Positions 1-15,136 of a DNA stretch of 64,000 nucleotides are shown here, one piece after another (positions within the stretch are counted from its first letter, which is position 1; each line of letters opens with the position of its first letter). The translations under genes and the position numbers were made by a program. The DNA comes from Felis catus. Lineage: Eukaryota. The notes under the pieces were generated by a model. It saw only the letters and a list, made by a program, of their open reading frames with translations. It made no database searches and was not told where the DNA came from. Location of the stretch: NCBI RefSeq assembly GCF_018350175.1, contig NC_058381.1, positions 26,164,001 to 26,228,000 on the forward strand, given 5' to 3'.

Positions 1-719
1 TAGCTTCTGTGCTTTGGGGGTGACCTATAAAGAGTGGGAGTCAGTGGTTAGTGCCTGGATGGCTGCTGGTGGCCAGCCCAAGAGTAAAGTCCATGACTCA
101 TTCCCTAACCAAAACTAGCTGTGCTGTGTGTGTATGATGGCAGGGGGCCTGGGAGCAGGTGCAAGCTGGAGATAAAGGTCTCAAGCCAGACCAGACAAGT
201 ATAACATTCAAGCACACCTTGCTGTTCCAAGTGGCAGCTTTGGGGTCCAGAGCTCCCGGGGTGGACAGTTAAGATCCTCTCAGTCCCAGGCAAGTGTACC
301 TTGGAAGAAGAGAAATTGCAGGTCACCACATCTTGGCTTGGGGTAGGCTCCCAGAGTCTTCCCAGGTATGTGTGTGCCCGCACCTCAGAGCCCACTATGA
401 GGGACTGAAAGGGGATAGAAACCAGCCGCTTGCAAAAAACCAAGGTGTAATTCCTTCTTCCTTTCATTCAGCACGCAAAGAAATCTATTTCCACCCCACC
501 TGCTCCAGTCCCTATCTTAAGTCAAGAGATGGTGGTGGGGACAGTTAAGGTGCCCACCACTCAATGAGATAGGGCCAGTTGCCCTATCTAAGATGGCAGC
601 ATGGCTGTGCTGGGGCCAGGGAAAGGGCAGTAGAAGGGGTTGGAGCCTCCCTGCCTACTTCCCAGGGCAACCCTGAGCAAGTACATTCTGAGGGGCCTCC
701 AGGACACTTGAGGGATAAG

Positions 720-769
720 AGGAAGGAAGGAAGGAAGGAAGGAAGGAAGGAAGGAAGGAAGGAAGGAAG
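720..769 (+). repeat. (GGAA)n microsatellite
   Basis: About 12 tandem GGAA units seen directly. Confidence 0.97.
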
Positions 770-1290
770 GGGATACTGCAGGCAAGTAGGGACCTTCCCT
801 CCATTGGAATAGGCCCCTCTCAAACCAGGCATTCCCTTCTGCAGGGAAACAGGACACTTTCCAGGAGGTGCCAAAGATGAGCCAAGGCCTGGCCAGCAGG
901 CAGATTGGATGGGTCAGAATATGTGAGCAAGTGAGTTGCTAAGCCAGGGTGGAAGCTCTGGGTAACAGGCAGGGCCAGGGAGGAAAGGTAGGGACAGATC
1001 AGGCAGGAAAGCTGCAGTCCTTGCTGTGGTCTATCTTTTCTCCTGCCTAACCAGTAGATCCAGGACCGGAGCCACTTACGGAATTGGGGAGCATGCTGGC
1101 TGAGCATGAGTATGTGTGCAGGTGTGGGCACACGTCCCGTGTATGGCAGTGTGGTCCAGACAAATCAGCAGGGTGGCCATACTTCTGGCCCAAAGGGGTT
1201 CCCACAGTGAGGGAAAGACTGTGGCCTAAAACTGGAGTCTCCTAGCCAAGGGAGCTTCTCCCTCCTTCGGCTGAGCTCCCTGTGACCTGA

Positions 1291-1563
<273 letters not shown>

Positions 1564-2215
1564 TACCAGCAACCTGCTTCTGACTGGCCGGCCCACTTAC
1601 CTGCTGGGGGGAGAGGGAGAAGCCCCCCTCGTGGTCCTACCCTTCAGTCTCTGCTCCTCTTTCACCAACCACCTTCCCCAAGCTTAGTGACAACAGCCGC
1701 CCACCCTCCCTGGATGGAGAAGAGACCCTTCTCCAAAGCACCTTGGCACACTCTGACCTCTGTCCCCCATCAGTGGGGCTGTGGCTGAAAAAGACTCTGC
1801 AGAAGTTCCGTCCCCTCCTCTGCACATGATGTCCTGCATTGGATCCGCTTTTGTATTTTCTAACCATACCCACAGGGGGCTTGGGAGGAGAGAGAGTGGA
1901 CGGCCCGCCTGGGCATTTTGACCCTGAGCAGACAGCTCTAGCCCACTCCTGGCTATGATATGCACTGCCCAGTTTCCCTTGGCCAACCTCCCTTTGGCAT
2001 AGGGTAAACTGAGGCCCAGAGTATCAGGGAAGGAGGAAGGAAGGAGAAGCACCCCCCTTCCTCTTTTCTTTCCCCTTTGGCTCATGGGAAGGATTTGTCT
2101 TTTTTGTCTGTAAGCCCTTTTACCCTGGTCCTGTACTGTTGAGTGAAGGAAACCGTGGTTACCAAGACCCTGTCAAAAAGTGCACGTCTTGTCCAATAAA
2201 TCACGCTGCAATTGG
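1564..2215 (+). other. BCAS3: BCAS3 3'UTR with polyadenylation signal AATAAA at 2195-2200
   Basis: Follows the stop codon; canonical hexamer followed by GT-rich ttggtgtct; end approximate. Confidence 0.7.
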
Positions 2216-4314
2216 TGTCTATCCCTGAGTTGCTGGGGTCAGGGTCCTCTCCAAGCACCGAGCAGAGTCCTGTGGGCCTGACCATGTGTCCCTGCTTCCA
2301 GCACCCCCTGCCTTGATGATACGAGCAATTGACTGGAGAGTCAGTGGGGGGGTAAGAAGGAGGAGAATATTTGCTCTGCAATTTGGGTAGGGCCTGATTT
2401 AAATTTATTCTCCAAATTTCTTGCCTGTTACCAGAGCAGGTAGTTCTGGAGGCACCACAGGCCTGGAGCCTCCCTGGCTGTGGCAGTCAGGGCCAGTCAG
2501 GTCCTCGACATGGGCTAAGGGAGGACTGCTGGAGGAAAGACCCTAACCTTATCTTTAAGGCGGGCACTTTGTAATTGCTTCTTTTTTCAAACTCAGAAGG
2601 TGAAAAGTTAGGTGTAGGTAGGTCTCTTGAAACCTGGCTGGAACCTTGGATGACACGTTCCTGATTTTGTTCCCCTATCTCTTCCCAATTCTGGACCTAA
2701 AGTGAATGGCAGAAAGGAGACAGGAACAGCAGGAGCAAAAAGGGGTGTTGAGCATGAAGGAGACTAATGCTAGCCCTTGTTCCCCTCTTCCCTGAGAACC
2801 CAGAAAAGCCTGGGAGGTTTGAAGGAAACCCACTGAGCCAGGTGTGGTTTGGGGTAAAGTTTAATGTAATGGTTGCAGATGAGTTGAATTCACAAACAAG
2901 CAGGGATCCCCATGCAACCATCCAGCCAGAACTGGAGCAGCATCTAGAGCCTCTGCTCCTTTCACATGCATCCCATCCAGTCCTCACAACTGAAAAGAGA
3001 CTTCATCCTCACTTCCCTCCACCGGGTCAGCTGGGCATCTTGGGAGAAGGGGGACCTGAATCAAACTAGGCTCTGTAGGCTGAGTAGATGGCCTTCCATA
3101 GGGTGGCTTAAGCCACTCCCTCCTGTCTGGGGACCTGCAAGGTGAGGAATCACATGCCTTAGAGAGGCATGGCTGGGAACATAAGGAGGTCTGGGCACAG
3201 CCAGTGGGGGCTGTCAGACTAGCAGCAGCTTTTCACCATTTCAGCTGAATCAGAGACACTGATGTGTCTGGCACATCCCCAACCCCCAGCCAGAGCAGTG
3301 TTTCAGTCAAAAAGGGACGGCGAAAGAGGTGCCACCAGGCTGCCAGTGCATACTATCTATTACTTGGCTCCCTGGGGATGGGTCCAGAGCTCTAGGAAAG
3401 GTGAGCCCCTCTGAATCCACGTGGCTTTATGGATGGGGCAAATATGGGGAGCTCTCTCCAACCATTCAGGGAACCGGCTGGCAGCTTAGAGTCAGGAGTC
3501 CTCCCTGGCTCAGCCCTTTCCCTCCAGGGGGTGCAAAACATCTGTGGNNNNNNNNNNNNNNNNNNNNNNNNNNNNNNNNNNNNNNNNNNNNNNNNNNNNN
3601 NNNNNNNNNNNNNNNNNNNNNNNNNNNNNNNNNNNNNNNNNNNNNNNNNNNNNNNNNNNNNNNNNNNNNNNNNNNNNNNAGGCCAGATAAGCTGGCCCCA
3701 TGGCGGCTGCCACAGAGCTCAGGTTATCAGAGAGGCCTTGGGCCTGGCCCCTGGCTAATTGGGGAGGTTATGGACCCTGCCACAGCCTGTAATCAGCTGG
3801 AAGTGAGATCTGGGCCCCTGGGTGGGGGACCTCACTGCCCACTGGCCCTGGAGCAGCCAGCCTCCTATCCTCTAGAGATAACACCAAGGGCAATCTCCCA
3901 CCTCACCCCCCAGAAGCCCAGCAGACCTCCATGATGGCATTACTTACCTAGGAGGCCATTAGAACAGGCATCTAATTGTGGCCTGACCGAGTGACCTTGA
4001 GGAAGCCATGTGATCTCCCTGATTCTCACAGTGCTACCTGCTCAACGGGCAAATTACCATGGACTTTCTCTCAGTTTGATGCGGGGAAAAAATATCTTCA
4101 TGGTCTGTGAGGAGGCTGATGGGAGTTGGGGTGGCAGCTCAAGGAGGGAGGGCACTGTCTGGGATTGATCTGAGAAAAGGCCCAGTGGTCCCAAGGCAAA
4201 TTCAGGCACACAAGCACTCTGCCAAACAGTATCAGCTCTGGAAGCAAGCAGAGGCCAGAGCAGGCAGCTGCCAGTCTGGGATTGGAAGTGGTTTTTCAGG
4301 TGCTCATTTTTCTG

Positions 4315-4450
4315 CTATTCACAGATCAGAGAATTTCTAAACTAGAAAGTACTTAAGAGAGCACTGTTTGGTCCTCACTTTGCAGATGAGAAGCCTGAGC
4401 CCCAGAGAAGGCCCTGGCCTTGCCCACGGTTACAAAGTCACACAGCTAGT
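4315..4450. mobile_element. MIR-like SINE fragment
   Basis: cctcactttgcagatgagaagcctgagcccagaga...cttgcccacggttaca resembles the MIR core. Confidence 0.55.
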
Positions 4451-4799
4451 CTGACCTCTGTCTGCCCTGGCTGGTTCCCTTACAGGGCCAGATTCTGCAC
4501 TGGCCTGCACCCCCGCACAATCCAAGACTCTGATCCCACTCACCCCCATCCCGTACTCCTGAGAGCTTTCAGACCCAGCCCCTGACTTTGAAGCTGCTCC
4601 CTGTCCCTGTGTAACTTGGAAAGGCAGCCCCTTCCTACAGACCTAGAGCTGGAAACTCTAGCAGCAACTGGAGAAAGCATCTGGTATATCTTGTATTCAA
4701 AGCAAGAGCCCAGCCTGAGGGTGGGTCTCCGAAGTCTCAGTATTGTCTTGCTGTAGAAGTAGGGGTAGCTATCAGGACAGCAATGACATCACCAGCTTC

Positions 4800-4945
4800 T
4801 AAGGAGTGGATGGAGCCTTGCTCTCTTTTAAGGTCCCAAGGTCCCATCCCAGCTCTGCCACTGGTAGCCATGTGGCTTTGGGTAAATTACTGCACCTCTG
4901 GGCTTCAGGGTCCTCATTTGTAAAATGCGGAGAGGTGCAAGCCCT
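4800..4945. mobile_element. MIR-like SINE fragment
   Basis: cccagctctgccact...tgtggctttgggtaaattac...ctcatttgtaaaatg resembles the MIR core. Confidence 0.6.
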
Positions 4946-7900
4946 GCCAAGAGGAAGAGCTGGGCTGAAGCAAGCAAAAGGGAAGTTTTAGGTCAAAAAA
5001 GGCAAAAGGTTGGTTTGAGGCCCAGAGACTGCCCAGACAGGCCAGGTAGCTCTACCTCGGGAGAGGGAGGGCCGGTGCGGCACAGCTGGAGCCCTGATTG
5101 TAGTGCGCAGCCCCCCGGACGCTTCGCCGCCCGGCTCCCTGGGAAAGTTTCTTGAAAGCAAATCCAGATCCTGGTGAGCGCTGGCAGACCAGCCCCGCCC
5201 TTCTCTCGCAGGTGGGCTGGTCCTCGGGGTCCTTCTTGCGATTTGCCCCCTCTCTCAAGTGCCACCGGAGCGTGGCCTGTTCGCGCTGCCGTGATCCCAA
5301 GCACCCACACCCACCATTTCACAATTGTGTGCGTCCACGCACACTCAGGTTCACAGAGGTACAACTCACTTTTGCCGACCCGCCGCTCCGAAGCGGACAG
5401 CGGCGACCAAGAGTCCAGAGCAGCTAATAGTCTGGAGCCCCTTAAGGTTACGGGGTGCCCAAAACTCTGGGGAAGTCGTCCAAAGTTCAGAGGGGACGCG
5501 CCCTGGGTTGCCGGCCCACTGACCTCCCCCTCGCCCTCGCCCTCGGGTGTAGAACGACACCCTTCAAAGACAGGTCTGTCCTGGACCAGAGCGGCCAGGC
5601 GGGACCTCGGCTTGCATTAGCCTGAAAGACTGGGGACTGGGCCACACAGGCCGTGGCTGCTCAGGCACTTCCCGGAACCTACCCGGAAAAAAGTGGCCCC
5701 GCGCCTTTCCTGGAGCAAGGCCGGGGTCATAACGCGGGCCTGGAAAAGGTCGCGCCTCCCGTTCTCCCCACGCCCCCCAAACCATCCCAGCCACTTGGCC
5801 CGACCCTGCGCGGGGTAATTGGGTCGGGAGGGAGGCGTCGGGCGGGCGGCGACTCCAGAGAGACTGTGCGCCTGTCAGCAGCAATTTGTCTAAGTGGACG
5901 GGACAGGCCCGGCCGCTGTGGGCCAGGGTCATCGAGGCCGCGGCCCCCACCCCAGCCAGACCCGGGACCGCGGGGGAGCCGGGCCCGGCCGCTAAACCGG
6001 GCTGGCTGGCGCCAAGACTCCGGGAGGCGCGGGTCGGTCCGGTAAGCGGGAATGGGAAACAACTCTGTGTCTCCCCGCGCCCCACCACCACACACACACA
6101 TACACACGCTACACGCCAAGACGGGGACAGGTGCCCAGTGGCACCTCCAATGCTGGTCACACGCATAGGCCACACACATCACCTGAGCTTAGCCCGGGCA
6201 CATTCATTTCCTTAGTACTCTTCTCATGACAGCCCCCAGCTACGTCGCACGACGCAGGTCCCCACTCGACCACTAAGCCATCCACGCGGGCGCACGCGAA
6301 CCCACGCCCGGTCACACAGACCAAAGACACCAGCGAGGCTCAATCCGGGGCAGGTCCCATCAGTGGCCCTTAACCACGCGAAATGTTACGGGGCCAAGGA
6401 CAGACGGGCAGCCCAGCGAGGCTCAGGACCAAGGAACCACACCTCCCAGGCCTTCCCAGCCCGATTTCCTGGTTGCAGGAAGCGTGGAGCGTACTGAGGG
6501 CGCGCAACCACCCGCCAGAGGCGGGGAGGCCCGCGCCCGTCCGACGCCCGAGCCCAGGACTGCCTGGGAGAGGGAGGGGCGGCTGAGCGCGCGTCCCCCG
6601 CCCGTCTGCGGNNNNNNNNNNNNNNNNNNNNNNNNNNNNNNNNNNNNNNNNNNNNNNNNNNNNNNNNNNNNNNNNNNNNNNNNNNNNNNNNNNNNNNNNN
6701 NNNNNNNNNNNNNNNNNNNNNNNNNNNNNNNNNNNNNNNNNNNNNNNNNNNNNNNNNNNNTCAGCCCCGGGGACCACCCCCCCAAGAGGCGCCTGTTGCC
6801 GGGAAGGGGAAGTGGGGTAGACCCAGGTGGGGGAGGGGCCGAGCAGGAGCTGGGAACCTCTAGGCGCCGCTCCGAGGCCTCTTGGGCCTCCCCTGCGTGG
6901 GTTTTCGAGGAGGCAAGGATATCCCTCCCTGGAGAGTATGGCTGGGGTGGGGGGGGGGGGGCGGTAGATTCAGAATCTTGAGGGCGGCTGTAGCAGGACC
7001 TCGGGGTGGTTGCGGGACAGCAAGGCCGGGCAGACGACAGGGGCCTGACTGGAAAGAGCCTGTGACCGTGGGAGGGCAGGTCCATGACCCAGTGGCTGTG
7101 GCCAGCTGGGATCGTGGTCCCCAAATGCAGCCGCTGCACCGTCGCCGGGTTTCTTCGGCAAACAACCCAGGCCAGCGTGTTTCTCGAACTCTCCGGGCCT
7201 TGGAACTCTGGACCAGCTACGGATCTTTCCCAGGAAAATGTCCGAATTGCATACAATTAGTTGTACACACATTCTTACGAGTAGGAAAGTATGTGTACAC
7301 GCACGAGTTTGCAAATGTATTCACGTATTCCCAGGCCCGCACCCAGATTCCCGGCTAAGGAACGCTGCCCTTTTATCTGGTCACCTCACTGACTGCGCAA
7401 ACCTGCCCACACATGTCCCTCCCTGAGGGGCCATATCCCGCCTAAATGGAGCCGGCAGGACTTTGCCTATGCAAAGCTGCAACGGATCCTGCCACATCTT
7501 CGCAGACTGCGCAAAGCGGCGTCAAAGATTCGTTCCGGATAGAGAGGAGGCACTACAAGAAGAGCAGGGTTTTGAAGGAAAACCCTGTGGGGGCGGGCTC
7601 ATTTGCGAGCTGGGTAAAGGAGCTTTGAGGGCTCCGGGACTGGCCTGGAAAAGTAGAAAAAAGGTCGCGGAGGCCAAACCACTCCTGAACCTGCGGGTCC
7701 TGAACCCGCACTCCTTCGACTTAGCAGGCTTTACATGCCAGGTCCACGTGTGCAGCGACAAGGTGCCCTGCGACTTGGTGTGCGTAGTGGACGGCCAGTG
7801 TTGCCTGGATCACTGTTGGATGTGGGCTGTACACACCTACCACGCGGGCACAGGGCCCGCGCCGGCTGAACTCACCCTCACTTGTATTGGTTGTGCGGGC

Positions 7901-8084
7901 AGGAGTGTCAGCTATGTGCAGTACGTGGTCCTTCTTATCCTTCGAACGCGACCACCAGGAATCAGTCTGAGTGTCAGCGCCCCAGCCCGATTCACGGCAG
8001 GTGTGTGACGGCTTCACTCTCTGGGCACACTCCTTAAGTTGCCGCTCGCGCCGCGCACAGTGGGCACCACCATACAGAGCGCAC

Positions 8085-8085
<1 letters not shown>

Positions 8086-8122
<37 letters not shown>
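8086..8122 (+). repeat. (CA)n microsatellite
   Basis: Direct observation. Confidence 0.95.
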
Positions 8123-8125
<3 letters not shown>

Positions 8126-9584
8126 ATGTGGTGGGGGGGGATACTGGGGCTGGTGAAGAACGAAGACTGCCGATAGTCGGGGTGGGGATGGATTCAACCA
8201 CAGGTGAGTGCAAACATTCCTACCCCCGTACTCGTTTCTCTGCACTACTGAACTTGGGAGACTAGCTCTTCGGAGAGCCGGAAACAAACTCTAGGAATGT
8301 GGCCGAGAGCGGAGAAAGGATGCCGCTGTTTAGGATGAGGGAGACTTGTGTCTCCGGTACCGGATACGGCGAAAATTCGTTGCGCGGGTCAAGAAGCTGG
8401 GGACCGGGACCAGCCGTCCAGCTCGGCGAACGATGCGCTCACCTTCCTAGCCCCGAGGACCCGGCTCTCCCGGCCGTCGGATGTCTCAGGGCTGGATGCA
8501 GGAGGCAGGATACTGGGCTGAGTTCAGGGCTTGCCCAGAATTCCAAGTTCCTCCTGAGTCTTCCTGTGAGGGGGAGGCGCGGACTGGGGGGTCCCCGCGT
8601 TTCCCGAGTACAAGGCCGCATCCCACTCCCTCCCATGCCGGCCCCACCGAAGGGCTCTACCACCGCTCCACTCACCGGCTCCCGCCACCTGGGTTCCTCT
8701 CCAGGACCTCGGCCGCCCTCGCCTCCCGACTCGCCCGCCCACCGGCCTCTCTTTCCAGTTCCCTCCGGAGTGCAGGGGCCCCGGGCGGCGCCTCCGCCGA
8801 GAGCGGGGTCGGAGGCCAAGCTGGGGCGCGGGCCAGAGCGGCTGAGCCGCCGGGCGAGGGAGAAGGAGGGCGCCCCCTCTCCTCACGGGGCCATGTCAAT
8901 GCTTTGCACTTGGAGCCGGCGTGCGGCTGGGGGGTCCTTCCCCAGGGCCTTGGGACCCGGTCGCCCCCCGCCTCAGGCCCTTTCGGCGGGTCGGGTCGGC
9001 CCGCCGCACTCTCCCGTCCGGGCGCAGGCAGCAGCGGGCGCGGGCGGTGGGGTGGGGGCCGGGGCAGGGGGAGGGGTCTCGGGGCCCGCTTGCCCGTCAT
9101 TGGTTAATATTTTATTCTGTTGACATGTTTTCTTACTGCTGAGGCTTCCGACACCTTCTCCCCGGCCCCCCCTCCCGGCCNNNNNNNNNNNNNNNNNNNN
9201 NNNNNNNNNNNNNNNNNNNNNNNNNNNNNNNNNNNNNNNNNNNNNNNNNNNNNNNNNNNNNNNNNNNNNNNNNNNNNNNNNNNNNNNNNNNNNNNNNNNN
9301 NNNNNNNNNNNNNNNNNNNNNNNNNNNNNNNNNNNNNNNNNNNNNNNNNNNNNNNNNNNNNNNNNNNNNNNNNNNNNNNNNNNNNNNNNNNNGCGCAGAG
9401 CCCCCGCCACCCCCGCGCCCAGAGCCCCGCGCCCCTCGCCGTGCCTCGGACGGAGAGCCGGGAGGAGCCGCCGCTGCGCTTGCCACCCGGGTCNNNNNNN
9501 NNNNNNNNNNNNNNNNNNNNNNNNNNNNNNNNNNNNNNNNNNNNNNNNNNNNNNNNNNNNNNNNNNNNNNNNNNNNNNNNNNNN

Positions 9585-9980
<396 letters not shown>

Positions 9981-11051
9981 TAGGGCGGCCGGCTGGCCGG
10001 CGGGCAAGCAGGCGGGCGGGCGGGCGGGCTGGGGGACCCGACAGCACAGACCAGCGCCGAGCCTGCCGCTCGAGGCTCCGGGCTCTGGCCCCGGCGCCAC
10101 GCTTAGCTCCCACGGGCAACCAAGTTGACTTTTCTCATTTGGCACCGAGAGAAATTTTAAAAACTAAAACATGAAAATCTCCCGAATAAAGTAAAACGAA
10201 AACATGCTGTTAAAGAACAGTCCTAACCATTCTGAGTCCCAAAGCTGAGGAGGTCCTGCGGCTCGGCCCGGGCGGGTCTCAGACATCTCCGCGGTAACTC
10301 AGCCTCGCCGCCTCGTTCTCCTGCCTCCCGGTCGGACTCGGAGCTCCAGGGAGATGTAGCATCTCCCGGACTGTCCTCTGACCCTGAAGCCCATAATGAA
10401 ACCTGTACCACGCTAGGCCTGGCTGGCCAGCCGATTCCAGCCGGCCGTCCCTTTCCGGCAGTAAGCCCCAAGAGGCCCTGTCGAAGCCTGACCCAGGCTG
10501 GGAGCCTTGTCCTGGCCCAAGGAGCAAAAAGCTCCCTACTCACACACCACTCCAGGCCTTAACGCCTGAAGAAAATCACAGCCCCCAGCCCCTCCACCCT
10601 TTGACTCAGCCGCCGGGAATCCAGGCCTCAGGTTCACCCTCTTCCCCCGAAACTTAAGGTTCTTGTTGGGCTGCAACCCAGTTATCCAAGCAAACATCTT
10701 CTGGTTTTATTTTTGGGAGTTTCAGTCTCAGTGGGCATATCTCCTGAATGAATTTTGGGAAGATTCAAAAGAAGCAGGTGTATTTCTAGGGGGCCTGGAA
10801 TTCTTTCCTGGACATCCGCTTTCATCTCAGATGAGGGAGAAAGAGAGTCACCAGATCTGAGGATAAAGCCGATGGGAACCCATATAATAAGAGAGAGTTT
10901 GACAAGCGGAAATGGGATCCCCCAGGAATAATAACCACAGGTGGGGTCTCTCAGGCAGTAATATGGGGGCAGAGCCCAGACAACCGGGAAACACAGATGG
11001 GGAAGCTCCTGGCAGTGGTGTGTGCTTGGGGAGTGAGGTCCTCCGACATAA

Positions 11052-11675
<624 letters not shown>

Positions 11676-12313
11676 TAAGTGCTGAGCTTGGAAGTCCTGC
11701 CCCCAACCTCAGCTTGTCCTCACCCTTCCCCATGACCTGTGTCCCCATTTCCCTTCCCACCCCCTCCCCAGACTAGGAGATTTAAAAGTTAAACCAGCCC
11801 CTTTAACATCCTAAGTCTCCATTCCCTCCTCCCATAGGCAAACGCCCTACCAGGAGGAGGGAGTTTGGGGGGTTCTCTCCATTTCTGCCTGAGGCAGGGC
11901 TCCAGCGAATGGGAAGGGGCGGTTGATGGGGCAAAAGGGATTGTCCATTCAGAAGTAGGGTGCTCGTTGAGCCCCCAAAGATCCAAAGCTTCTCTCTGTA
12001 GAGTTACTAGGGGCTTAGCAATGAGCCCAGGAAGAGAGGTTAAGAGTGGAGTTTTATGGGGGTTTTGTTTTGTTTTATTTCTATTTTCAACTGGGGTAAT
12101 TTTTTTAAGTAGAGAGAGAAAGAGAGAGAAACTGTGATAAAGAAAGCTGAGAGAAAAATAAAAAGAAATACAGGAAAGAAAAAAGGCAGAGAAGACAGAA
12201 AATAGCGAAGGAGGGGGTGTAGAAGGCAGACGAAGAGAGAGAGCGCATTGGAAAGAGGTCGGGTCCCCAGAGAGTAGAAATGCTCCGGCCAAAAGCTGGG
12301 GGCTATCGGCTGA

Positions 12314-12565
<252 letters not shown>

Positions 12566-13470
12566 TAGACCCCAGCACCCATCTCTCGATCTCACAGCTC
12601 ACTCCAGAGCAGCAAGTCTCATCTGTAACCGCAGCACCCACTGAAATCCTCCAGGCTCCCCCCCACCACCACCAAGTCCGTGACACGTATACACAGGCTT
12701 CCCCTCGGGGCGCTAACAGCTGGGCACTCCAAGGGGTGGGGATATTTACTTAGCAATTAGCCAAGACTCCCAGCCCGTGCTGACATTTTTACATTTTATT
12801 CGTTTATTTCTTGGCATTGGAATGGGAATTTAAATGAAGAGAGGGAGCCTGAGGCACCCTGCCCTGGCTCTCCTGACTGTCTGGAAACCAGCAATAGGAA
12901 CCTGGGGCCCAGTTTTCACTCTCTCGGGGGAGCCAGAGGGCGGGACAGGTGACACAGCTTCCCAAAGTATCCCCACTCTGGGTCGGTCCAGGCTGTGAAC
13001 CCCTTGGGAGGTGCTTAGAGAATTTTTCTGCTTGCTGCCTTTCTATCCCCCTTTTCTAGAGGTGCAGAGCTCACTCCCTCTGGGCCTGTGCCCATATACC
13101 ACTCTCGGGAGAGTGTCCAAGTGTCCTGCCGGTCGTTCTTTTTGTCTTTGTGAAATGGCGTGTATGCGGGTATGTGGGCAACATTTCGGGAGACTCAGAT
13201 ACGTGTGGAGGAGTGTGAATTCGTTCTGTTCTCTGGGCACTTGCTTATTTTGTCTGTGTGTACTTGCGTGTGCGCGGGCCCGTGAGTGTGATTTGTCTCT
13301 GTGGTGTGGACTCGCGTGTGTTTTGCTGTCTCCGTGCGCGCCTGCTCCGATGCCCGGTTTGTTAAACTTGAGTGACCGAGTGCGTCTGTGTGCATGCTTG
13401 GGCAGATTTCGACTCTTTGCACACACCTTTGGGCTTGTGTGTGCAAGATAAGGGAATATGCTTCGAATAA

Positions 13471-13761
<291 letters not shown>

Positions 13762-13771
13762 TGAGGGGTGA

Positions 13772-14218
<447 letters not shown>

Positions 14219-14458
14219 TAGGTCCTTGGCACTGTGTGACTCTAGCAGTGAGTTTCCTTTACATGGCTCAATTTCTCCCGCTGTAAATACGGAGCCTTAG
14301 GTTAGGTGACCTGCAGCTGCCCCTTTGCCCGACGAGGATCTGGAAGTTCCTCGAACGTGGCTTCCTCGGGAGCAGGCCTCTCCCAGTCTCTCCGACCCGG
14401 TCCAGACACCGGTGGAGGAGGGGAGGCCTCGCGTCTGCCTCTTCCGGGACCCCTGTGA

Positions 14459-15136
<678 letters not shown>

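Noticed and set aside
5564-9142. Many overlapping 100-280 aa ORFs on both strands
   Set aside because: Pro/Gly/Arg/Ala-rich and open in several frames at once, as expected from stop-codon scarcity in a CpG island; no recognisable domain.
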